From the NCBI GenBank assembly GCA_041650035.1, contig JBAZLY010000003.1:966-64965 (forward strand): a stretch of DNA of 64,000 nucleotides, in the 5' to 3' direction. The DNA comes from Candidatus Omnitrophota bacterium (GTDB lineage Bacteria > Omnitrophota > Gorgyraeia > JABMRG01). The notes under the pieces are model-generated. The model saw nothing but the letters and a program-made list of their open reading frames with translations, was not told the DNA's origin and did no database searches. Position 1 is the first letter of the stretch, and the number at the start of each line of letters is the position of its first letter. Below, piece after piece: positions 56,914-64,000 of the stretch. Position numbers and translations under genes: made by a program.

Positions 56914-58533
56914 ATGAGCGGATATCGTAGATACGCAAGTATTATCGGTTTGGTAGCATTGGTTTTTTTTGCCCTTACAGCCGGGTTAGCCTTTGGGCGT
57001 TTTTTCACGCGAGGGAATAAAAACCGCGCCGCGATCGGGTCTCAAGGCCCCGCGGCAGGCTTGCCGCAGGCCGCTCCTGCCGCCGAGCAAGACACCGCAG
57101 AATCAAGGTCCGCCCCCGTGCTGATCAATATGCCCGAAGGCGTCGGGCATATGGTTGAAAGTTACACAGCTCCCGGCGGATCGGCAGGTATTATAATACA
57201 TATACAGGATATACATACAAACTATGAAGCACAGAAGAATTTAAGCAAGATCCTGGAATCCCTTGTCAAAGAAAACCAGCTAAAATTAGTGATGGTGGAA
57301 GGCGGCTGGGGTAATGTGAATCTTTCCTACCTGCGCTCCTATGCTGACAGTAACCGCAGGCAAAGTGTAGCGGATGATTATTTAAGAGAGGGCAAGATAT
57401 CCGGCGAAGAGTATCTGGATATAGTGTCTGATTATGACATCAGGATAGAGGGTGCCGAAGATGAAGATCTTTATAGGGCCAATCTCGACACGTTTTTTGC
57501 CATAGAGGTTTTTAGGAATCAGGCAGTATCGGAACTTAGCACGCTTAATAAAGTTATCGAAGAGATGAAGCAAAGGATCTATACGCCGCAGCTCGCGGAA
57601 CTTGAGCGCGTAAAGGCCTCTTATGATAACGAAAAAATGTCCCTGGCTGAATACTATAAGTATTTGTATTCCGTGGCAGAAAGGATAAGACATAATACCT
57701 CCGCGTATCCTAATTTTCTGCGTTTTATGTCGGTGGTGGAATCGGAATCGGCCATTAAGTTTACATCAGCGGAAAAGGAACGAGCGGAGCTTATAGAACA
57801 GTTGTCTAAGACCTTGCCCAAACAGGATTTGGCCGCGCTTGTTACGAAATCACTGGAATTCAAGCTCAATAAGCTTACCCCTGTCCAATACCATGATTAT
57901 CTTATAGGGATTACCCGGCAGGCGGGGCTGTCTTTGCAGAAATATAAAAATCTTGAAAAATACATAACTTATATACGCGCTCATGACAGTATTGATACCG
58001 CAGCAGTGTTCGAAGAAGCCAATGCCCTTCTCCATGCCGCTGAATCCGCCTTGATACAGGATGCCCGCCAGCAGCGTTTGTATGATATTGCAAGGAGAGC
58101 CCAGATATTAGAGAACTTTTTGCACCTGAAACTTGTGCCCGATGATTTTTCTTATTATAAAAATAACCGTAATGACTTTGTAACAGCCGGCTGGATAGAG
58201 TTTTTGCAGCAGCAGGCACAGCGCAACAAGCTGGGGACGGCGGATATAAAACCCGCGTATACGCTTGATAAAAACCTGTCGACGCTGGTTAGATTTTACG
58301 ATTTAGCCAATGACAGGGATGATGCTTTTATGCGGCACACCCTTCGGCTTATGAAGGAGGAATCGGCCTCTATCGCAGTCCTGATTGCCGGAGGTTTTCA
58401 CACGCCGAATATCAAACAAAAATTTAAAGAACACTCCCTCTCTTATGTGGTGATTGCGCCATACACAAACCAGCAAACAGATATGGAGCAATACAGATAT
58501 ATACTGCGGTATAAATCCGGGAAAGAAGAATAA
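56914..58533 (+). CDS. membrane-anchored protein of unknown function (possible ChaN/TIKI/erythromycin-esterase-like fold)
   Basis: 539 aa with RBS GGGAGAAGGA, N-terminal TM IIGLVALVFFALTAGLAFG and an A/P/Q-rich linker. Motifs IIIHIQDIHTNYEAQ...VMVEGGWG and C-terminal VLIAGGFHTPNI. The coding call is solid; the function is a guess. Confidence 0.5.
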   Translation: MSGYRRYASIIGLVALVFFALTAGLAFGRFFTRGNKNRAAIGSQGPAAGLPQAAPAAEQDTAESRSAPVLINMPEGVGHMVESYTAPGGSAGIIIHIQDIHTNYEAQKNLSKILESLVKENQLKLVMVEGGWGNVNLSYLRSYADSNRRQSVADDYLREGKISGEEYLDIVSDYDIRIEGAEDEDLYRANLDTFFAIEVFRNQAVSELSTLNKVIEEMKQRIYTPQLAELERVKASYDNEKMSLAEYYKYLYSVAERIRHNTSAYPNFLRFMSVVESESAIKFTSAEKERAELIEQLSKTLPKQDLAALVTKSLEFKLNKLTPVQYHDYLIGITRQAGLSLQKYKNLEKYITYIRAHDSIDTAAVFEEANALLHAAESALIQDARQQRLYDIARRAQILENFLHLKLVPDDFSYYKNNRNDFVTAGWIEFLQQQAQRNKLGTADIKPAYTLDKNLSTLVRFYDLANDRDDAFMRHTLRLMKEESASIAVLIAGGFHTPNIKQKFKEHSLSYVVIAPYTNQQTDMEQYRYILRYKSGKEE

Positions 58534-58557
58534 ATAGGCTGTGCCCGGGTTATGGTC

Positions 58558-58584
58558 AACCCCGCGCCTCGGATTCGGGGTTTA
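58558..58584 (+). terminator. intrinsic terminator after the 539-aa gene
   Basis: AACCCCG-N11-CGGGGUU followed by UAU. Confidence 0.45.
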
Positions 58585-58599
58585 TCCTTCAAAATCACC

Positions 58600-58628
58600 T
58601 TGAACAGAAAAGGCTTATCTGTTATATT
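58600..58628 (+). promoter_or_regulatory. sigma70-type promoter (TTGAAC-17-TATATT) ending 7 nt before the glmS ATG
   Basis: ccTTGAACagaaaaggcttatctgtTATATTataatccATG. No Shine-Dalgarno sequence in between. Confidence 0.55.
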
Positions 58629-58635
58629 ATAATCC

Positions 58636-60465
58636 ATGTGCGGAATAGTAGGTTATATAGGTGCCCGCCCGGCGCAACCGTTTTTGTTAAATGGGCTTAA
58701 GAAGCTTGAATACCGCGGTTATGATTCAGCGGGGATGGCTGTTGCCTGTGATGGTGAAATCGTTGTGCGTAAACAAGAGGGCAGGATAGCCCGGCTCGAG
58801 GAACTGCTGACGGCAAAACCGTTGGCGGGTAATATAGGTATAAGCCATTCGAGGTGGGCCACTCACGGCGTTCCTAATCAGGCTAACGCGCATCCGCACA
58901 TTGACTGCTCGGGCAATATAGCAGTGGTCCATAACGGCATAATCGAAAACTATGAAGACCTCAAGGCCTTTCTTGTCAAGGACGGCCATAGGTTTCGTTC
59001 CGATACAGACACCGAGGTTATAGCTCATCTGATAGAAAAATTTTATAAGAAGGATTTTACTGAAGCTGTCCGGGCGGCATTGGGGCGGTTGAAAGGCGCT
59101 TTCGCGCTTGGTATTATTTCAAACCACGCGCCCGGGCTTTTGATCTCCGCCAGGCGCGGCAGTCCGCTTATAGTAGGTATCGGCAAAGGAGAAAACTACA
59201 TAGCAAGCGATATACCCGCGATTTTAGAATACACGAAGGACGTGGTGTACATTGAAGATAATGAGTTTGTGATACTTTCCAAAGACGGTTTTTGTGTCAC
59301 AAGCCTTGAAGGGAAAAAAATAAACAAAACTCGCGCACGGGTCGCATGGGATATAAAGCAGGCGCAAAAAGGCGGTTACCAGCATTTTATGCTGAAAGAG
59401 ATCTACGAACAACCCGCTGTGATAGCCAATATCCTGCAGCACAGGGTCTCGGAAGGCAAAGACAAGGTATTTTTTAAAGAGCTTTCTTTGCCCGAGCGGT
59501 ATATAAAAGGCGTTAAAAAGATACACATTGTTGCCTGTGGAACCGCTTATCACGCGGGGCTTGTAGGTAAATATATCTTGGAGAGGTTAACAGGTATACC
59601 TGTAGAGGTTGATGTATCGAGCGAGTTCCGTTACAGGAGCCCTATACTGGACAAAAAGACATTGGTTATCGCGATAAGCCAATCGGGCGAGACGGCCGAT
59701 ACGCTGGCGGGGATAAGAGAGGCACGGAAACAGTCCGCCAAAGTACTTTCCATAGTTAATGTAGTAGGTTCCACCATGACAAGGGAGTCCGACGGCGTTA
59801 TCTATACTCATGCCGGCCCGGAAATAGGCGTTGCCTCCACCAAGGCCTATACGGCGCAATTATGTCTTTTATATCTTTTCGGCATTTACGCGGGCGGGGT
59901 TTCCGGCTTGCTGGATAAGCGGGAGCTGGTTAAACTGCTTGACGGGATTTGGCGCCTGCCTCGTTGTATGGGCGATATCCTGCGCGATACAAGCACTGTA
60001 AAGAATGTGTGCAAAAAACACAAGGATAAGAATTGTTTTTTGTATTTAGGCAGGAACCTCAATTATCCTAATGCGCTTGAGGGGGCCTTGAAACTCAAGG
60101 AGATATCCTATGTCCACGCGGAAGGCTACAGTGCCGGCGAGATGAAACACGGGCCCATAGCTTTAATCGATAGAACTATGCCGGTTGTCTGTATCGTACC
60201 GCGGTCTGCAACATACGATAAAATGATTTCCAATATACAGGAGATAAAGGCGCGCAAAGGTATCGTTATAAGTATCGCGACCGAGGCAGACGACCACATA
60301 AGCGGACACTCGGATCACACTATATATATACCGGACGTGGATGAGCTGTTTTCCCCCATGCTGACGGTATTGCCCCTGCAGCTTTTGGCTTATTACATCG
60401 CGCTTGCCAACGGCCGCGATGTGGACAGGCCGCGTAACTTGGCCAAGTCGGTAACGGTAGAATAG
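58636..60465 (+). CDS. glmS: glutamine--fructose-6-phosphate aminotransferase
   Basis: 609 aa with N-terminal catalytic Cys MCGIVGY, two SIS domains, and C-terminal NLAKSVTVE. Confidence 0.95.
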   Translation: MCGIVGYIGARPAQPFLLNGLKKLEYRGYDSAGMAVACDGEIVVRKQEGRIARLEELLTAKPLAGNIGISHSRWATHGVPNQANAHPHIDCSGNIAVVHNGIIENYEDLKAFLVKDGHRFRSDTDTEVIAHLIEKFYKKDFTEAVRAALGRLKGAFALGIISNHAPGLLISARRGSPLIVGIGKGENYIASDIPAILEYTKDVVYIEDNEFVILSKDGFCVTSLEGKKINKTRARVAWDIKQAQKGGYQHFMLKEIYEQPAVIANILQHRVSEGKDKVFFKELSLPERYIKGVKKIHIVACGTAYHAGLVGKYILERLTGIPVEVDVSSEFRYRSPILDKKTLVIAISQSGETADTLAGIREARKQSAKVLSIVNVVGSTMTRESDGVIYTHAGPEIGVASTKAYTAQLCLLYLFGIYAGGVSGLLDKRELVKLLDGIWRLPRCMGDILRDTSTVKNVCKKHKDKNCFLYLGRNLNYPNALEGALKLKEISYVHAEGYSAGEMKHGPIALIDRTMPVVCIVPRSATYDKMISNIQEIKARKGIVISIATEADDHISGHSDHTIYIPDVDELFSPMLTVLPLQLLAYYIALANGRDVDRPRNLAKSVTVE

Positions 60466-60500
60466 TATTATGGGCACGATATTTACCTGTGGGAGCACGA

Positions 60501-61196
60501 ATGGAAGGCGGTAAATTATTTATAGTATCAACACCGATAGGTCACTTGTCGGACATGACATATCGTGCTGTTGAAACGCTTAAATCCGTCGGGCTTATTG
60601 CGTGTGAGGACACACGGCATACAGGCATCTTATTGGCCCATTATGGTATTAATAAACCGTTAACCAGCTATTTTGAGCATAATAAGCATTTTAAGTCCAG
60701 GGAAATAGCAGGCAGGCTTATGCGCGGTGAGCACGTTGCCTTGGTGAGCGATGCAGGTACGCCCGGCATTAGCGATCCCGGATACAGGATTATACATGAT
60801 GCCATTAGTTTGGGTATCGAGGTTGTGCCTGTCCCGGGTGCCAGCGCTGCGGTCACGGCCCTGTCGGTTTCGGGCCTGCCCACGGATAGATTTGTATTTG
60901 AGGGGTTTTTGCCGCCCAAAACAGTGGCGCGGAAAAAACGGCTTAATGAATTAGCCAAGGAGACGCGCACTATAATTATTTACGAATCTCCGCACCGCCT
61001 GGCCCGTGCCCTTAAGGATATACAGGCTGTATTTGGCGACATTTTTATGATATGTGAGAGAGAACTCACGAAGAAGTTTCAGGAGATCCGCAGACAGAGG
61101 GTAACGGAACTTATGGCGCATTTTGAAGAGATAAGGCCTCAAGGGGAATTTGTTTTGCTGTTTAACTTAAGGCTGCAACAGAGCGCATTGTTATGA
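60501..61196 (+). CDS. rsmI: 16S rRNA (cytidine1402-2'-O)-methyltransferase
   Basis: GKLFIVSTPIGHLSDMTYRAVETLK...IACEDTRHTG...SDAGTPGISDPG. Start taken at ATG 60501 after GGGAG. Confidence 0.88.
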   Translation: MEGGKLFIVSTPIGHLSDMTYRAVETLKSVGLIACEDTRHTGILLAHYGINKPLTSYFEHNKHFKSREIAGRLMRGEHVALVSDAGTPGISDPGYRIIHDAISLGIEVVPVPGASAAVTALSVSGLPTDRFVFEGFLPPKTVARKKRLNELAKETRTIIIYESPHRLARALKDIQAVFGDIFMICERELTKKFQEIRRQRVTELMAHFEEIRPQGEFVLLFNLRLQQSALL

Positions 61197-61981
61197 GCAT
61201 ACATCCAGCTGCGGTCATTTCGAAAGCAAGTGATATTGATAAGAGTGCCGATATAGGTCCTTACGCGGTAGTAGAGGAAGATGTTATTATCGGCCCAGGC
61301 TGCAAACTGCATGCCGGCGCGCATGTCCTAAGGGGGTCCAGGCTTGGCGCGGGCTGTGTTGTGCATACAGGCGCCTGCCTTGGCGGCGAGCCCCAGGATA
61401 TGGCGTTTAAAGGGGGAAAATCATATTTTATTGCCGGGTCTAATAATGTGTTCAGGGAGCATGTTACCGTGCACCGGGGTACGGAGGACGGTTCATCAAC
61501 CGTGATCGGTGACAATAATTATTTTATGTGCTTATCGCATGTTGGCCACAATTGTAAAATTGGCGACAAGGTGATCGTATGCAATAACAGCCTCTTGGCA
61601 GGCTATGTGGAGATAGAGGATATGGCGTTTATCTCTGCAAATTGCCTTGTACATCAATTTGTAAGAATTGGAAAGATATCAATTATTGGTGGGGGGGTTA
61701 GGATTAACAAGGATTTCCCCCCTTATATGAGCACAGGAGACGATAACACGGTTACGGCGTATAATATTATTGGTTTAAGGCGCGCCGGTATAGACTCGTC
61801 CAGCCGCGAAAAGATAAAACAGGCTTATAAAATATTGTATCGCGAAGGGCTTAATACGCGCAGTGCCTTGAGCAGGCTCGAGTCTTCGTTGTCCGGAGAC
61901 GAGATAGAACACTTGATCAATTTCATAAAAGGGTCTAAAAGAGGTGTGTGTGCCGCGCGCTCTAACAGGGTTGAACGTTAG
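61193..61981 (+). CDS. lpxA: acyl-ACP--UDP-N-acetylglucosamine O-acyltransferase
   Basis: 262 aa. N-terminal IHPAAVISKASDI plus hexapeptide repeats, and the C-terminal helical domain GLRRAGIDSSSREKIKQAYKILYR typical of LpxA. Confidence 0.88.
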   Translation: MSIHPAAVISKASDIDKSADIGPYAVVEEDVIIGPGCKLHAGAHVLRGSRLGAGCVVHTGACLGGEPQDMAFKGGKSYFIAGSNNVFREHVTVHRGTEDGSSTVIGDNNYFMCLSHVGHNCKIGDKVIVCNNSLLAGYVEIEDMAFISANCLVHQFVRIGKISIIGGGVRINKDFPPYMSTGDDNTVTAYNIIGLRRAGIDSSSREKIKQAYKILYREGLNTRSALSRLESSLSGDEIEHLINFIKGSKRGVCAARSNRVER

Positions 61982-62090
61982 GGTCTTTGCCCGCGTTGTA
62001 CTAATACCCGAGTTCTAAAGGGATTTAGCGGCCTATGGCCCCGGTTTTATTTTTATACGAAAAAGGAAAAAAAGAAAGAGGTATTCAGCC

Positions 62091-62119
62091 TTGACAAATG
62101 TCTTACGAGGTGATAATAT
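62091..62119 (+). promoter_or_regulatory. sigma70-type promoter (TTGACA-17-TAATAT) of the pyr operon
   Basis: ccTTGACAaatgtcttacgaggtgaTAATATg. Confidence 0.6.
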
Positions 62120-62140
62120 GTTAATAATATATAACCTTTT

Positions 62141-62172
62141 AATCAGGCCCCGAGAGGCCGGAAAGGGGCAGG
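62141..62172 (+). promoter_or_regulatory. PyrR-binding anti-antiterminator hairpin
   Basis: UUUUAAUCAGGCCCCGAGAGGCCGGAAAGGGGCAGG. It contains the GAGAGGC core of PyrR binding loops (Bacillus consensus UCCAGAGAGGCU) inside a GCCCC/GGGGC stem. Confidence 0.6.
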
Positions 62173-62191
62173 TATGATAAGTGTGATTACG

Positions 62192-62222
62192 ACCCGCATC
62201 AGGTATGCGGGTATTTTTTTTG
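62192..62222 (+). terminator. attenuator (intrinsic terminator) of the pyr leader
   Basis: ACCCGCAU-CAGGU-AUGCGGGU followed by AUUUUUUUUU. It lies 23 nt before pyrR. Confidence 0.7.
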
Positions 62223-62244
62223 CAAAAAGATCCTTTAACAGTAT

Positions 62245-62802
62245 ATGAAGAACGATAAAGACAGGATACAGGTAATGGACGCCCGGGCTATTGAAAATGC
62301 CCTGAAACGTATGGCGCATGAGATCATTGAACGTAATCAGGATGCCGGCGAGATAGCCATAGTGGGCATACGCACACGAGGTGAGTATCTCGCGAGGCGT
62401 TTGTCTTCTATCCTGGAACGGATAAGCGGCAGCGCCCCAACCCATGGCGTGCTTGATATAACGCTTTATCGCGACGATTTAATGATGTCTGGTTCCCAAC
62501 CCATCGTGCGTGAAACGGATTTAAGTTTTGATGTATCATCCAGGCATATAGTTCTTGTAGATGACGTGTTACACACGGGTAGAACCATACGGGCGGCATT
62601 GGACGCTTTTATAGATTTCGGCAGACCGAAATCTATACAATTAGCTATTTTGGTAGATCGCGGCCACAGAGAACTGCCTATCAGGGCAGACTATGTCGGT
62701 AAGAATATTCCCACATCCATGTCCCAGGCGGTTAAGGTAAGGTTAAAAGAAAAGGACGGTGTCGATGAGGTATACGTCCTTAAAGAAGGCTTTGCGCGAT
62801 GA
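62245..62802 (+). CDS. pyrR: bifunctional pyrimidine operon regulator / uracil phosphoribosyltransferase PyrR
   Basis: 185 aa with AIENALKRMAHEIIERN, IVGIRTRGEYLA, and PRPP motif IVLVDDVLHTGRTIRAA. Confidence 0.9.
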   Translation: MKNDKDRIQVMDARAIENALKRMAHEIIERNQDAGEIAIVGIRTRGEYLARRLSSILERISGSAPTHGVLDITLYRDDLMMSGSQPIVRETDLSFDVSSRHIVLVDDVLHTGRTIRAALDAFIDFGRPKSIQLAILVDRGHRELPIRADYVGKNIPTSMSQAVKVRLKEKDGVDEVYVLKEGFAR

Positions 62803-63731
62803 ACAAATGGGGCCAAAAAGATCTTTTGGGGCTTGAGTATCTAACGCGGGAACAGATAGAACATATCCTGTTAACCGCCGAGTCGTTTAAAGAGGTCTCT
62901 ACGCGCGGCGTAAAAAAGGTCCCGGCCTTGCGGGGCAAGACAGTGGTAAACCTGTTTTATGAACCCTCAACGCGCACGAGGATATCGTTTGAGATAGCGG
63001 CGAAACGTCTTTCGGCCGATGTTATCAATATAGAAACAGAGACATCAAGCATACGTAAGGGCGAGACCTTGATCGATACGGGTTTAAACATACAGGCGTT
63101 AAAGGCCGATATTATTGTAGTGCGCCATAACGCCTCCGGCGCGCCGGCAATGTTGGCCCGGCGTGTCGATATAAGCGTGATCAACGCCGGTGACGGCTGG
63201 CATGAGCATCCGACGCAAGCTTTACTGGACATATTTACGCTTAAGCAGCGTTTAGGGCGCATAAAAGGGCTTAATATAAGTATTGTCGGCGATATAGCAC
63301 ATTCAAGGGTGGCCAGGTCAAACATTTGGGGCCTGATAAAACTTGGCGCCCAGGTAACCGTATGCGCACCGAAAAAGCTTATCCCGCCCGGTATTGAAAA
63401 GATGGGTGTAAGGATTACGGATAAGATAGATCATGCTATACAGAACGCGGACGCGATAAATGTCCTGCGTATGCAGTTTGAGCGGGATAAAACAACGGCA
63501 TTTCCAAAACAGCTTGAGTATTTCAAGAATTTTGCCGTTACCGAAGAAAGGCTCAAGCAGGCAAAGCGGGATATGATTATTATGCACCCGGGGCCTATAA
63601 ACAGGGGTATTGAGATATCGAGCGAAGCCGCTGACGGGTGCCGTTCGGTGATATTGGAACAGGTTACTAACGGGATAGCGGTCCGGATGGCGGTTTTATT
63701 TTTGACCTCACAAGGCAGGCGCGGGTTATGA
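62799..63731 (+). CDS. pyrB: aspartate carbamoyltransferase catalytic subunit
   Basis: 310 aa with EPSTRTRISFE, HEHPTQALLD and IMHPGPINRG. Confidence 0.95.
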   Translation: MNKWGQKDLLGLEYLTREQIEHILLTAESFKEVSTRGVKKVPALRGKTVVNLFYEPSTRTRISFEIAAKRLSADVINIETETSSIRKGETLIDTGLNIQALKADIIVVRHNASGAPAMLARRVDISVINAGDGWHEHPTQALLDIFTLKQRLGRIKGLNISIVGDIAHSRVARSNIWGLIKLGAQVTVCAPKKLIPPGIEKMGVRITDKIDHAIQNADAINVLRMQFERDKTTAFPKQLEYFKNFAVTEERLKQAKRDMIIMHPGPINRGIEISSEAADGCRSVILEQVTNGIAVRMAVLFLTSQGRRGL

Positions 63732-64000
63732 GCATTATAATTAAACAGGGGCTATTGGCAGATCCTTCTCAAGGGCTTTGCGATGTAAGAGATGTTCTTA
63801 TAGAAAAAGGTAAAATCGCGCGGATCGCGGACCGAATAACCAATAACGCTGAACAGGTGATAGACGCTAAAGGCCTCGTGGTTATGCCAGGGATTGTTGA
63901 TATGCACGCGCACTTGCGTGAACCTGGCCGCGAAGACAAAGAAACCGTCGAGACGGCAACGCAAGCCGCACTTGCCGGCGGTATTACATCTGTTCTCGCG
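63728..64000 (+). CDS. pyrC: dihydroorotase, N-terminal fragment running off the right edge
   Basis: The ATG overlaps the pyrB stop (ATGA). My translation: MSIIIKQGLLADPSQGL...VIDAKGLVVMPGIVDMHAHLREPGREDKETVETATQAALAGGITSV. Confidence 0.85.
   Translation, partial: MSIIIKQGLLADPSQGLCDVRDVLIEKGKIARIADRITNNAEQVIDAKGLVVMPGIVDMHAHLREPGREDKETVETATQAALAGGITSVLA

Noticed and set aside
58534-58635. Looked for a glmS ribozyme upstream of glmS.
   Set aside because: The 100-nt spacer is fully accounted for by a terminator and a promoter. It is too short and lacks a ribozyme-like core.
62143-62445. 100-aa minus-strand ORF.
   Set aside because: It is antisense across the pyr leader, its terminator and the pyrR N-terminus.

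Overview
This looks like an origin-proximal chromosomal segment of a probably uncultivated, anaerobic, LPS-making bacterium. Gene orientation is absolute. Every gene from 1 to 48754 is on the minus strand and every gene from 48920 to 64000 is on the plus strand. They diverge from the rpmH/dnaA gap, with rpmH-rnpA-yidD-yidC-parA-parB running leftwards and dnaA-dnaN-DUF721(DciA-like)-gyrB-gyrA rightwards. The left ~14.5 kb is a visibly more AT-rich nutrient block. It holds nitrogen assimilation genes (gltB fragment, Fis-like HTH, glnA, P-II, amt, porin, ECF-like sigma) and a complete Pho regulon (phoU-pstBACS, porin, phoR-phoB) with three Pho-box arrays. The 14.6-45 kb stretch is tightly packed housekeeping. 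It includes tRNA-Gln-gltX, a four-subunit 2-oxoacid:ferredoxin oxidoreductase, dxs-ispA-xseBA, ymdB-rny, a folate cyclo-ligase, DUF39 homocysteine synthesis plus cysK, and rarA. It continues with pheST, trk/ktr, the rplT-rpmI-infC-thrS block, a cupin, a frameshifted MFS transporter, split coaB/coaC, rpoZ-gmk-remA-yicC and ndk. The right arm adds tRNA-Glu, a 539-aa orphan membrane protein, glmS, rsmI, lpxA and a PyrR-attenuated pyrR-pyrB-pyrC operon. There are five tRNAs (Gln-CUG, Leu-UAA, Val-GAC, Cys-GCA, Glu-UUC), all with encoded CCA. I saw no rRNA, CRISPR array, transposase, integrase, phage gene or recognisable defence gene. I did not find a convincing novel multi-gene system. The best leads are small or regulatory: (1) a stand-alone Fis/NtrC-type HTH protein plus an NtrC-geometry palindrome at glnA; (2) two modules of consensus promoter, ~60 nt and intrinsic terminator, which are sRNA or attenuator candidates, upstream of the sigma/amt operon and of tRNA-Leu-thrS; (3) unannotated small ORFs (rpmH certain; 42- and 50-codon ORFs speculative); (4) several consensus promoters abutting start codons, suggesting leaderless or short-leader mRNAs; (5) a replication strand switch with almost no room or DnaA boxes for an oriC; (6) a composition step at tRNA-Gln; (7) an orphan 539-aa membrane-anchored protein. 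All calls come from reading the sequence and ORF translations by eye. No database search was run.
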